Shown here one piece after another: positions 26,655 through 35,846 of a stretch of 64,000 bases of DNA. The DNA comes from Deltaproteobacteria bacterium (GTDB taxonomy: Bacteria; Myxococcota_A; Polyangia; Nannocystales; Nannocystaceae): positions 1,797,414-1,861,413 of the forward strand of contig JADJRA010000001.1 of the NCBI GenBank assembly GCA_016712475.1, in the 5' to 3' direction. The position numbers and the translations under genes are program-made. Numbering within the stretch: position 1 is the first letter of the stretch; every line of letters starts with the position of its first letter. A model generated the notes under the pieces. It was not told the origin of the DNA and made no database searches. It saw only the letters and a list, made by a program, of their open reading frames with translations.

Positions 26655-27872
26655 TCACTCGCTGGCGTAGGGTGCGAAGCGCTGCTCGCTCTTGCGGCCG
26701 CGGTTGAGCTCCGCGAGCTCGTCGGCGGGATAGGCGTCGGCGCTGCCGGCCGGGAGGTGCTTGCGCACGAACGCGACGATGCTCTCGCGTGCGCGGGTGC
26801 CCGCGCCCTTGCGCACCTCGTCGATGCGCGGCACCTCGGCGTCCTCGAAGCCCGGCAGCGCCACGCGCATGCGCTCGTCGCAGTCGTCCCAGCGGTCGAA
26901 CAGCGTGCGCCGCCGCGATCGCGCGTCGCGATCGGGGGCGCCCCACACGTCGAGGAGATCGCGGTACAGCGCCGCGAGTCGACGATCGATCTGCGCCTCG
27001 GCGTGCGCCACGGCGATCGCCAAGCGCAGCTCGAACGTGCGCTCGAGCAGGAGCTGCTTGTCGCGCGACCACAGCTCGCGCTTTTGTCCCTTGCGCACGA
27101 GCGTGTACAGATCGGGGATCTTCAGGCCACCGGGCGCGGCCTTGACGATGTGATCCTTGAAGCGCACGCGGCCGTCGGGCAGGAGCTTGGCCGTGAAGTG
27201 ACCGGCGGGCTCGCGGTAGGCGTAGTTGCCTCGACGATCGCGCGCGAAGCCGGCTTCGGCCAGCGTGCGCGGCTTGCCATCGCTGCGCCGCCGGTCCCCC
27301 TCGGGCTCCCCACCGATGCCTTCGTCGGCGCCCGGCGAGGCCCCGAGCGCCGCCGCGCTCGAGCCCGACAGCCGCGGGCTCGGCAGCGTCACCTTGCCGG
27401 CCGTGGCCTGATCCCGCAGACCGCTCAGCGCGAGCGCGTGCGGTGAGGCCCGCGTGCCGGCGCGATCGGAGGGCGGCGCCGCCTCGGACGGCGCGGGCAC
27501 GGCCGCCGGTGGACTCGGCTTCGGATCCGTCGGCGCGCCGCGATCAGGACGATCACGACGATCAGGACGATCAGGGGATCGCGATCCACGGGGCGTCGTC
27601 CCGGTCGCCGCCGCGCTGGGCCCCGGTGTGTCGGCCGTGGGGCGCGGCGCGGGGGCCTCGGCCTCGGGCGGCGGTGCGGCCGGACGCGCACCAGCGGGCT
27701 GCGACGGATCCCAACGGACCACCTCGATCGGCGCGAAGGACTCCGATCCGCCCACGAGATCCGGCAGCAGCGGCGGCGCATCGACGCGCGACACCAGCAC
27801 GAACGCCAGGCCGTGCACCGCGAGCGACACCACCACGAGCACCGTGTGGCGGACTGGAGACGACGACGCCAT
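26655..27872 (-). CDS. membrane-anchored Pro-rich protein of unknown function
   Basis: N-terminal TM helix VLVVVSLAVHGLAFVLV, then a ~130-aa Pro/Ala-rich disordered region including a PDRPDRRDRPDR repeat (DNA 12-mer repeats ~27541-27590), then a basic/coiled C-terminal domain. Confidence 0.4.
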   Translation of the reverse strand: MASSSPVRHTVLVVVSLAVHGLAFVLVSRVDAPPLLPDLVGGSESFAPIEVVRWDPSQPAGARPAAPPPEAEAPAPRPTADTPGPSAAATGTTPRGSRSPDRPDRRDRPDRGAPTDPKPSPPAAVPAPSEAAPPSDRAGTRASPHALALSGLRDQATAGKVTLPSPRLSGSSAAALGASPGADEGIGGEPEGDRRRSDGKPRTLAEAGFARDRRGNYAYREPAGHFTAKLLPDGRVRFKDHIVKAAPGGLKIPDLYTLVRKGQKRELWSRDKQLLLERTFELRLAIAVAHAEAQIDRRLAALYRDLLDVWGAPDRDARSRRRTLFDRWDDCDERMRVALPGFEDAEVPRIDEVRKGAGTRARESIVAFVRKHLPAGSADAYPADELAELNRGRKSEQRFAPYASE

Positions 27873-27953
27873 GGACCGCGCGCGCGAGCATAGCTCGCCG
27901 CTGCGGCGGGCGCCGCGACGTCACCTTGCCGGAGCCGAAGGCGCGTCGTCCGT

Positions 27954-28676
27954 TCACCGCAACAGCTCCGCCAAGCAGCCGTCGATCGCCGCCCACGCAC
28001 GGGCCGCGGCGATGGGATGGAACGCGAGTCCGTGTTCGGGCGCGGCCGCCTTCGCGAACGTGAAGGCGTGCATGGCATGCCCGTACGCACGCAGCTCCCA
28101 GTCAGCCCCGGCGGCGGTCAGCTCGGCCGTGATCGCGAGCACGTCGGCGGGTGGTGCGACGGGATCCTCCCAGCCGTGCAACAGCAGCACCCGCGCATCG
28201 ATCGGCCGCTGCTCCCCGAGCGACGGCGGCGCGAGGGCCCCGTGCACGCTGATGACACCGCGCAGGCCCGCCGGCTGCGCGCGGACCAGGTCGAGCACGC
28301 ACAGACCACCGAAGCAGAAGCCCAGCGCGGCGCAGCGCGAGCCATCGATCGCGGGATGCCGACGCGCGGCGTCCATGGCCCCGAGCAGGCGCGCGCGCAG
28401 CAACCCGCGATCGGCGAGCAGCGGGTTCATCAACGCGTGGTTGTCGCCCAGCGGGTCGCCGCGCACGCCCTCGCCGTAGACGTCGAACGCAAACACGGCG
28501 TGGCCGCCACCCGCGAGGCGATCCGCGATCTCGCGGATGCCGTCGTGCAGTCCGCTCCAGTCGTGGGCCAGCAACACGGCGGGTCGCGGCGGGCCCTCGG
28601 GCCACGCGACGTAGGCCTCGAAGCGCCCGTGGTCCATGCGATGTCGATGGGTCTCGCGGTGGATCGCCGGGGACAT
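27954..28676 (-). CDS. dienelactone hydrolase family protein
   Basis: YVAWPEGPPRPAVLLAHDWSGLHDGIREIADRLA...ALGFCFGG...LLLHGWEDPVAP...YGHAMHAF are the DLH-fold landmarks, with the nucleophile in the CFGG context. Confidence 0.6.
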   Translation of the reverse strand: MSPAIHRETHRHRMDHGRFEAYVAWPEGPPRPAVLLAHDWSGLHDGIREIADRLAGGGHAVFAFDVYGEGVRGDPLGDNHALMNPLLADRGLLRARLLGAMDAARRHPAIDGSRCAALGFCFGGLCVLDLVRAQPAGLRGVISVHGALAPPSLGEQRPIDARVLLLHGWEDPVAPPADVLAITAELTAAGADWELRAYGHAMHAFTFAKAAAPEHGLAFHPIAAARAWAAIDGCLAELLR

Positions 28677-28751
28677 GTGCGCCCCAGCTGAGCACGGCAC
28701 GCGCGCCGACGATTGAACGAATCGGACGCCCGCGACGGCCGGTGGCCGGCG

Positions 28752-29582
28752 CTACAGATAGAACGCCACCGGCGCATCGAGACCGAGCGTGTCCTGCACG
28801 AGCACGGATCGCCCGGCGCGTCGGTAGGCCCCCGGCGTGGTCGCGAGGCGTCGACGCCAGCTGCGGATCTGGTGCGCTTGATCGCTGTAGCCGTCGAGCG
28901 ACTCACCACGCCCGTGCTGCACCGCGAGCACGCTCGCGTGGAGCCGCTCGAGATCCATCAGCGCCTTGGGTGCGACGCCGAGGTGACGGCGCAGCCATCG
29001 GTCGAGCTGGCGCACGTGCGTGTCGGCGGCCGCAGCCGCGTCGGTGACCTTGGCCCCCGCGCGCAGGCATGCATGCGCCCTGGTGATCGCCGCGAGCTCC
29101 GGTGGTGCCGCGACGCGCTGGGCGAGCGCGAAGAACCACGCGTCGAGGGTCGCAGCGCGCTCGGCTTGGCTGCCGGCGGCCAACATCGACCCGCGCAGCC
29201 GCGCGGCCGCGGCGTCGCCGATCACCGCGCCAAGATCGAGCAACGCGGCCGCCGACGCACCGCTGTGCGGCAACAAGCGCGCGAGCCCGACCGGCGTCAG
29301 CATCACCATCACGAAGTCGGTGCATTCGGACGGCCACCAGCACCGCGCGCGCGACTGCAGCCCGAGCAGCGAGGTCGTCGGCACCGGGCGGCCGCACTCG
29401 TCGGCGTTCGGACGCCCGAGATCGATCGACAGCACCGCAAAGGGTACCGGCCCGGTTCGCACCGGACGCCCTCGGTGCGCCCCCTCGAGGTCGCGCACGA
29501 ACCAGTAGCCGGCGATCCACCCGCGCAGCGGTCCCGCCGGCGCGACGATCGACAGCGGCGTCGGCGGTGTGCGCAGATCCAT
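28752..29582 (-). CDS. AraC-family transcriptional regulator
   Basis: Start MDLRTPPTPLSIV. The C-terminal AraC HTH pair is ...VTDAAAAADTHVRQLDRWLRRHLGVAPKALMDLERLHASVLAVQHGRGESLDGYSDQAHQIRSWRRRLATTPGAYRR. The upstream part of the 478-aa ORF is rejected. Confidence 0.6.
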   Translation of the reverse strand: MDLRTPPTPLSIVAPAGPLRGWIAGYWFVRDLEGAHRGRPVRTGPVPFAVLSIDLGRPNADECGRPVPTTSLLGLQSRARCWWPSECTDFVMVMLTPVGLARLLPHSGASAAALLDLGAVIGDAAAARLRGSMLAAGSQAERAATLDAWFFALAQRVAAPPELAAITRAHACLRAGAKVTDAAAAADTHVRQLDRWLRRHLGVAPKALMDLERLHASVLAVQHGRGESLDGYSDQAHQIRSWRRRLATTPGAYRRAGRSVLVQDTLGLDAPVAFYL

Positions 29583-29820
29583 CGCGTCGCGATCGTAGCG
29601 CGTGCCGCCATCGATCGTCGCGGGGCAACACGCGCACGTCCGCGCGCCTTGCTCGGCGGTCCAGCGCCACGGTTCCTTGCGTCGGCCGGGCCGACGCGCG
29701 CGCAGATCGTTCTCCTCGGCCCCATGGCCGGCGTCGCTATCTTCGAGCGACACCGAGCACGCGATCGCTCGCTGCCCTGCGCGCGATCGCCATGTTCCCC
29801 GCCCAAGGAGCACAGACGTG

Positions 29821-30930
29821 ATGCACCCCCAAACCTCCCCGACCTTCGATCGCACCGTGATGCGTGCCGTCCTCACGGTGACGCTGTCGACCACGGCCGC
29901 CTGCTTCAACCCGGGGGCGAAAAGCTCCTCGGACACCGGCACGGAGGGCTCGTCGAGCGGCACGTCGACCACCGACGGCAGCAGCTCCGGATCGAGCGCG
30001 ACCGACACGAGCACCACGCACGATGGCAGCAGCAGCGGCGCGGCGGATAGCAGCAGCGGTGGCGACGACACGTCGAGCTCGAGCACGACGGCGCAGACGG
30101 ACTCCGGCTCGTCGAGCAGCGGCGAGCCGGTCGCGGTCTGTGGCGATGGTGTGCTCGACCGCGCGACCGAGCAGTGCGACGATGCCAACGACGTCGCCGG
30201 CGATCTCTGCGACGCCGCCTGTCACTTCGAGAGCCTCACGTTCTCGTTCACCGGCGCGAGCGAGAGCTTCGAGGTCCCCGCGTGGGTCGACGAGCTGCGC
30301 ATCGAGGCCTGGGGCGCGCAGGGCGGTGGCGGCCGCTGTTGCGACGACACGCACCAAGATGACGGCGGGCTCGGTGGCTACGTGGCCGCAACCTTGCCGG
30401 CCCTCGCCGGCGAGACGCTGACGATCGCGGTCGGCGGGCAGGGCACCTCCGAGGGCGCCGGTGGCTTCAACGGCGGCGGCAACGGTGGCCTGTACGCAGC
30501 CGGCGGTGGCGGTGCTTCGGATGTCCGCATCGGCGACGATCTGCTCGCGCGCCTCGCCGTCGCGGCGGGTGGCGGCGGGGGCAACTGCGGCTGTCCGGAC
30601 TACGGAGCCGGCGGCGCGGGCGGTGGCCTCGACGGCGACCCCGGCCTGAGCTACGGCGGGTACCCGGCGGCAACCGGCGGCACACAGAGCGCAGGCGGTA
30701 GCCCCGGTGATGTCGCGACGGCGGGGGATCTCGGCGTCGGCGGTGGTCCGTTGATGGACTCGTATCACATCGCCGGCGGCGGCGGCGGTTACTACGGCGG
30801 CGGTGCGGCCTACGCCGCCGGTGGCGGTGGCGGTTCGTCGTACTACGGCGCCGCCCTCGATGCCTCGACCACCGCGGGCCTGCGGGCGGGCGATGGCGAG
30901 CTCGTGATCACGCCGCTGTCGGCGTTGTGA
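29821..30930 (+). CDS. lipoprotein with Myxococcus-type cysteine-rich repeat and glycine-rich C-terminal domain
   Basis: MHPQTSPTFDRTVMRAVLTVTLSTTAAC lipobox. Ser/Thr-rich linker. CGDGVLDRATEQCDDANDVAGDLCDAAC is the Myxo cysteine-rich repeat pattern. Then GGGG/GGNGG glycine runs. Confidence 0.5.
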   Translation: MHPQTSPTFDRTVMRAVLTVTLSTTAACFNPGAKSSSDTGTEGSSSGTSTTDGSSSGSSATDTSTTHDGSSSGAADSSSGGDDTSSSSTTAQTDSGSSSSGEPVAVCGDGVLDRATEQCDDANDVAGDLCDAACHFESLTFSFTGASESFEVPAWVDELRIEAWGAQGGGGRCCDDTHQDDGGLGGYVAATLPALAGETLTIAVGGQGTSEGAGGFNGGGNGGLYAAGGGGASDVRIGDDLLARLAVAAGGGGGNCGCPDYGAGGAGGGLDGDPGLSYGGYPAATGGTQSAGGSPGDVATAGDLGVGGGPLMDSYHIAGGGGGYYGGGAAYAAGGGGGSSYYGAALDASTTAGLRAGDGELVITPLSAL

Positions 30931-31057
30931 TCGCGGGCGCTGACGCCACGTTGGGCGGTGGCCGCACGGGCGCGTGCCCGCGCGCATGCGTGGGTCGCCG
31001 CGTCGTCGCGCGGCACCGCGGTTGCACTCGCGGCCCACCTTGCCGAAGCTGCACGCG

Positions 31058-33448
31058 CCGATGCCCGCGACCGCGACGCCCCCGCGCACCCCATGGGTCC
31101 GACGCTTCGTCCTGGCGATGCTGCTGTGCTCGTGCGTCGCGCAGCGCGAGCGTCAGCTCGAACGGCGCTTCGGCGCGCTCGCGGTGCGCGATCGCAGCAT
31201 CGATCACGTCGACGCGGGCGCCATCGACTACACCACGCAGGTGCGCCCGATCCTCGAGGCGCGCTGCGTGGTCTGCCACGCCTGCTTCGACGCACCGTGC
31301 CAGCTCGATCTCGGCTCGCCCGAGGGCATCGATCGTGGCATCAGCAAGCAGCGCGTCTACGAGGCCACACGCCTGCTGAACATCGACCCCACGCGGCTGT
31401 TCGAGGACGAGCAGAGCACGACGGCGTGGCGCGAGAAGCACGACTTCCGCCCGGTGCTCAACGAGCACGACCAGAGCGAGAAGGCCAATCGCGAGGCCAG
31501 CGTGTTGTTCCGCGCGCTCGAGCTCAAGCGCAAGCATCCGCTGCGCGCGGGCGCGACGCTGTCCGACGACATCGACCTCGACCTGCACCGCGATCAGCAG
31601 TGCCCGACCGAAGCCGAGTACAGCCGCTTCGCGCAGAAGCATCCCCAGTGGGGCATGCCGTTCGCGCTGCCGGGCCTCGATGATCGCGAGCACGAGATCG
31701 TCACGCGGTGGATCGCCGAAGGTGCCCGCAGCACGCCCACACCCCCGCTTCCCGCGTCGCTGCAGCAGCAGGTCGAGCGCTGGGAGGCGTTCTTCAACGC
31801 CGACGACGCCAAGACGCGTCTGACCAGCCGCTATCTCTACGAGCACCTTTTCCTCGCCCACCTCTACTTCGGCGAGCCACAGGGTGCGCCGCAGTTCTTC
31901 GAGCTGGTGCGCTCCAAGACCCCGCCCGGTCAGCCCATCGAGCGCATCTCGACGCGGCGGCCCTACGACGATCCCGGCGTCGCGCGTCCATTCTACCGCC
32001 TGTGGCCGGTGCACGAGTCGATCATCTCGAAGCTGCACCTGCCCTACCGCCTCGACGAGGCGCGACGCGAGCGCTGGACCAAGTGGTTCATCGACGCCGA
32101 CTACACGCTCGACGCGGTGCCCGACTACCGCAACGGCGCCAACCCCTTCGCGACCTTTGCGGCGATCCCGGCCCGCTCGCGCTATCGCTTCCTGCTCGAC
32201 GAGGCCGAGTTCACGATCATGGGCTTCATCAAGGGCCCGGTGTGTCGTGGGCCGGGCGCGATCAATGTCATCGAGGAGCAGTTCTGGGTCTACTTCGTCG
32301 ACCCCGAGCTCGACACCCAGCTGAACGACGCCGGGTTCCTGGCGCGCAACGCCAGCGCGCTCGCGTTGCCGGCCGAGGCGGGCTCGAATGCGCGGCCGCT
32401 GGCGACCTGGCTGCACCAGAGCAAGGACGAGGAGCGCTGGGCCAAGGCCCGTCAGCGCGCGTTGCGAGAGGACTTCGCCGAGCGTCGCGCGGACCTCGGG
32501 ATGTTGTGGGACGGCGACGGTGACAACGCCAACGCCGTGCTCACGGTGTTCCGCCACTTCGACAGCGCAGCGGTGGTCAAAGGGATGGTTGGTGACGCCC
32601 CCAAGACCGCGTGGGTGATCGACTACCCCGTCTTCGAGCGCATCCACTACCTGCTCGTGGCCGGCTTCGACGTCTACGGCAACGTCGGGCATCAGCTCGC
32701 CACGCGCACCTACATGGACTTCTTGCGCATGGAGAGCGAGATCAACTTCCTGCAGCTCCTGCCACCGAGGGCGCGCAGCAGCGAGCGGGCGTACTGGTAC
32801 CGCGACACTCACGAGCGTCCGTACCGCGAGCTCGTCGATCGCTTGATGAAGACCGACATCACGACCGGCATCGAGTACGCGACCGATCGACCCAAGCAGG
32901 AGCTCTACGCCGCGCTCGCCCGCCACTTCGAGCAGCTCCTCGAACGCCGCTACGATCTCGACGAGGCACCCGACGACATCGCGACCCCACTGGCCGAGCT
33001 CGGCCAGCTCCACGGCGCGCGACTCCAGCACGCCGTGCAGGCAGCGCTGTTGCTGATCCCCGACGCACCCGCGGGCTCGCAGATCATCAGCATCATCCGC
33101 AACGACGGCCACACCAACATCGCGTCACCGTTCTTCGAGGAGAACCGACGCGTGCCGGCCGAGGACACCCTCACGATCGCCCGCGGCTTCGTCGGTACCT
33201 ACCCGAACGCGTTCTGGGAGGTCGAGCGCGCGCGACTCGGCGAGTTCGTGCGGCGCTTCGCGGCGGTCGACGGCGAGGCCGACTACGCGGCCCTGCAACA
33301 CGACTTCGGCAAGCGTCGCACCGACCCCGACTTCTGGCAGACCAGCGATCGCGTCGCGGAGATCTACCGCAACGACTCGCCGATCGAGTTCGGCCTGCTC
33401 GACCTCGCCCGCTACGAGCGCCCCGCGAAGCTGTCGCGGGGCCGCTAG
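31058..33448 (+). CDS. cti: fatty acid cis/trans isomerase (Cti)-family protein, c-type heme motif
   Basis: About 800 aa with a signal peptide (RRFVLAMLLCSCVA) and the heme-binding CVVCHACFDAPCQL motif near the N-terminus, as in Pseudomonas Cti. This is a family-level recollection only; no search was run. The start could also be 30974. Confidence 0.45.
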   Translation, partial: PMPATATPPRTPWVRRFVLAMLLCSCVAQRERQLERRFGALAVRDRSIDHVDAGAIDYTTQVRPILEARCVVCHACFDAPCQLDLGSPEGIDRGISKQRVYEATRLLNIDPTRLFEDEQSTTAWREKHDFRPVLNEHDQSEKANREASVLFRALELKRKHPLRAGATLSDDIDLDLHRDQQCPTEAEYSRFAQKHPQWGMPFALPGLDDREHEIVTRWIAEGARSTPTPPLPASLQQQVERWEAFFNADDAKTRLTSRYLYEHLFLAHLYFGEPQGAPQFFELVRSKTPPGQPIERISTRRPYDDPGVARPFYRLWPVHESIISKLHLPYRLDEARRERWTKWFIDADYTLDAVPDYRNGANPFATFAAIPARSRYRFLLDEAEFTIMGFIKGPVCRGPGAINVIEEQFWVYFVDPELDTQLNDAGFLARNASALALPAEAGSNARPLATWLHQSKDEERWAKARQRALREDFAERRADLGMLWDGDGDNANAVLTVFRHFDSAAVVKGMVGDAPKTAWVIDYPVFERIHYLLVAGFDVYGNVGHQLATRTYMDFLRMESEINFLQLLPPRARSSERAYWYRDTHERPYRELVDRLMKTDITTGIEYATDRPKQELYAALARHFEQLLERRYDLDEAPDDIATPLAELGQLHGARLQHAVQAALLLIPDAPAGSQIISIIRNDGHTNIASPFFEENRRVPAEDTLTIARGFVGTYPNAFWEVERARLGEFVRRFAAVDGEADYAALQHDFGKRRTDPDFWQTSDRVAEIYRNDSPIEFGLLDLARYERPAKLSRGR

Positions 33449-33500
33449 CGGAGCTCGGACGCCACCTCGGTTCACGAAGTGGCCCGCGCTCGGGCGACGG

Positions 33501-33920
33501 TCAGCAGGCGATGTGCCGGCAGTTCCAGGTCTTGCAGACCCAGCCAGCCGAGGTCTCCTTGCACGATGCGTCGCAGATCGTGCACGTGCCGTGGTCCTCC
33601 GGCGGAAGCTCTTGGGGGTCGAGCGTCGCCTGCAAGTCGCTCGCGCCCACGTTCGGGTTGTCACGCGAAGGCGAGCTGTCGAGCTCGACCGCGAAGTCTC
33701 CCTCTTCGGTGCGCAGCGTGCCCGAGGCTCGGTCGGCGCCGAGCCACAGCTCGCCGTCGACGAACTCGTCGAACGTCGTGACGATCGAGAGTCGGGTGGG
33801 CGCGTCGTCGCCGTCGTCGACGAGCTCGTCAGCGTCGCGGTCGAAGGTCGGCGCCTGCTCGGCGTCGCACGCAACCGCCAGCGCCGTCATGATTCCAAGG
33901 ATGGTGATCAGGGTCTTCAT
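33501..33920 (-). CDS. small secreted lipoprotein with C-terminal Cys cluster
   Basis: MKTLITILGIMTALAVACDA lipobox. Acidic middle. C-terminal CTICDASCKETSAGWVCKTWNCRHIAC. Confidence 0.35.
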   Translation of the reverse strand: MKTLITILGIMTALAVACDAEQAPTFDRDADELVDDGDDAPTRLSIVTTFDEFVDGELWLGADRASGTLRTEEGDFAVELDSSPSRDNPNVGASDLQATLDPQELPPEDHGTCTICDASCKETSAGWVCKTWNCRHIAC

Positions 33921-34099
33921 CGCTCGTCTCCTCTTCGGTGCATTGCGGCACCGATCGCGAGCCATGAGTGGATGCGGCCCTTGGCTTCCGTCACCGGCCG
34001 GATGGCGCGAGCCTCCGCAGTGATCACGGACACGCTCCGGTGAGCGCGCGCGCGGCCCAGGCGGTGGCTCGTCACGACGCCCGAGCCGTGCGACCGGCG

Positions 34100-34333
34100 T
34101 TACGCGATCGCGGCGCGCGGGCTGGACGGCATCACCGCGAGGAGGATCAAGTACAGCAGCACGCCCTTGCCGAACAGCAGCGCAAGGGCCACGAAGCCGA
34201 GGCGGAACAACACCGGGTCGGCACCGAAGCGCTCCGCGAGGCCGGCGCAGACGCCAAAGAGCACGCGATTGTCACGCGAACGAACGAGCGGGCGGGTCAC
34301 GAAGGGGTTCAATCCAGGGTGCGGTGTCGCCAT
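34100..34333 (-). CDS. PspC-domain membrane protein
   Basis: LVRSRDNRVLFGVCAGLAERFGADPVLFRLGFVALALLFGKGVLLYLILLAVM is the canonical PspC domain. 77 aa. Confidence 0.6.
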   Translation of the reverse strand: MATPHPGLNPFVTRPLVRSRDNRVLFGVCAGLAERFGADPVLFRLGFVALALLFGKGVLLYLILLAVMPSSPRAAIA

Positions 34334-34386
34334 TCCCTCGCCCCCACGCGGGTGTGACGGCGATCGCCGACGGCACGTGCCGCGGT

Positions 34387-35658
34387 TCAGCTGAGGTCGG
34401 CGAGGTCGGCCATTGCCTTGGCGACCTGCGGCCGCACCTCGGGCGGGAAGATCGCCCGGTAGTGGACGAAGGTCTCGCGCGATAGACCGCGTAGTACCGG
34501 CGACGCGTCGAGCAGCCGTTCGAGCCGGCCACCGCTGCGGACCATGAGGGTGGCGTCCTCGATGTACGCATCGATCTCGACGCGATCGATGCTCGCCTGA
34601 TCGCCGTCGATGGCGGCGCTGCGCATGACCTCGGCGAGGCGCTCGCGGGCCTGCTCGACGGCGACGTCCTTGCGCAGGCGGAGCGTCTTGAACAGCCGTC
34701 GCTCGCGCAGCCGCGTGGCCAGCTCGGCGAGCTGACGATCGTCCGAGTCGCTCCACGCCCGTAGCCCCGACTCGAGCGCGTGATCGTCGAGATCGAGGTA
34801 GCCCGCGACGTCGATCGGCTGACCCGCCAGCAGCGCGGCCAGCGGGGCCGGCGTGCCGCGCTGCGGGCCGAGCCGCGCGAGCCGACGAAACAACGACCGC
34901 AGCACCGCCTCGGCGGCGCGCACCGCCTTGTGCAGGTAGACCTGGCGATACATGTACAGCCGCGCGAGGAAGAAGCCTTCGACCGCGGTGAGGCCCTTCT
35001 CGCCGTCGACCGTGAGGGTGACCGCGCTCGCGCCGGGAGCGTGATCGAGGCGCAGCGAGCCCAGCAGCCAGTCGAGATCGAGCAGGCCGTAGCGCACGCC
35101 GGTCATGTGCGAGTCGCGGAGCAGGTAGTCGCAGCGATCGACATCGAAGGTGCCCGACACGGCGCGCGCGAGGTGGCCGATCGGATGCTCGCCGTGGATC
35201 AACCGCTCGACCTTGGCGGGCATCGTGGGATCGATGCTGCGCAGCACCGCGTTCACCTCGGAGCCGCGATCGAGCAGGATGCGCGAGGTCCAGTCCTCGT
35301 GGGCCAGCGCGCCCGGGACCACCGCCTCGAAGGTGTGGCTGTAGGGTCCGTGACCGAGGTCGTGCAGCAGCGCCGCCGCGAGTGCGACGCGCGCGTCGTC
35401 CGGCTCGATGCGCTCGCGCTGCGGGATGTCGCTCGACAGCCTTGCGACCCGCTGGAGGTAGCGCTTCATGACGTGCGCCGAGCCGATCGCGTGGGCGAAG
35501 CGCGAGTGCTCCGCACCCGGGAACGCCAGCGAGGCCGCACCGAGGCTGCGGATCCTGCGGAGGCGTTGCACCTCGCGGGTGTCGAGCAGTCGCACCACCA
35601 CCGACTCGACCTCGCCATCGAACGCGATGAGGCCGTGGACCGGATCGCGCAGGATCAT
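34387..35658 (-). CDS. HD-domain phosphohydrolase (dGTPase-like)
   Basis: Start MILRDPVHGLIAF. RFAHAIGSAHV...LAAALLHDLGHGPYSH gives the H...HD...D metal ligands. 423 aa, consistent with dGTP triphosphohydrolase-like proteins. The track's upstream TTG extension is rejected. Confidence 0.6.
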   Translation of the reverse strand: MILRDPVHGLIAFDGEVESVVVRLLDTREVQRLRRIRSLGAASLAFPGAEHSRFAHAIGSAHVMKRYLQRVARLSSDIPQRERIEPDDARVALAAALLHDLGHGPYSHTFEAVVPGALAHEDWTSRILLDRGSEVNAVLRSIDPTMPAKVERLIHGEHPIGHLARAVSGTFDVDRCDYLLRDSHMTGVRYGLLDLDWLLGSLRLDHAPGASAVTLTVDGEKGLTAVEGFFLARLYMYRQVYLHKAVRAAEAVLRSLFRRLARLGPQRGTPAPLAALLAGQPIDVAGYLDLDDHALESGLRAWSDSDDRQLAELATRLRERRLFKTLRLRKDVAVEQARERLAEVMRSAAIDGDQASIDRVEIDAYIEDATLMVRSGGRLERLLDASPVLRGLSRETFVHYRAIFPPEVRPQVAKAMADLADLS

Positions 35659-35846
35659 CACTGCATCACTACCTGGTTTGTTCGCTTTGGACCATGCCGG
35701 TGTCGGGCCCCGACGCCCGACTGGGGTTCCAGTGCGCGCTGGCTCGGGACACACGAAGGTGTGCGCATGGGCGCCGTCGTGCCGCAATCAGGCCCGCATC
35801 GGCCGCTTCGCGCTGGGGCTGCCGTGCTATGCTGCCGCGAGCTGAA

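Noticed and set aside
25684-27072. Full 462-aa extent of ORF 25684..27072-
   Set aside because: The N-terminal ~150 codons overlap the C-terminus of the next gene (26655..27872) and are Arg/Gly-rich. Only the downstream part was kept, at low confidence.
34780-35846. Upstream 355-codon extension of the TPR giant ORF (from GTG 34780)
   Set aside because: It runs antisense through the HD-domain gene. The zinc-ribbon Met at 35847 follows an AT-richer promoter-like stretch.
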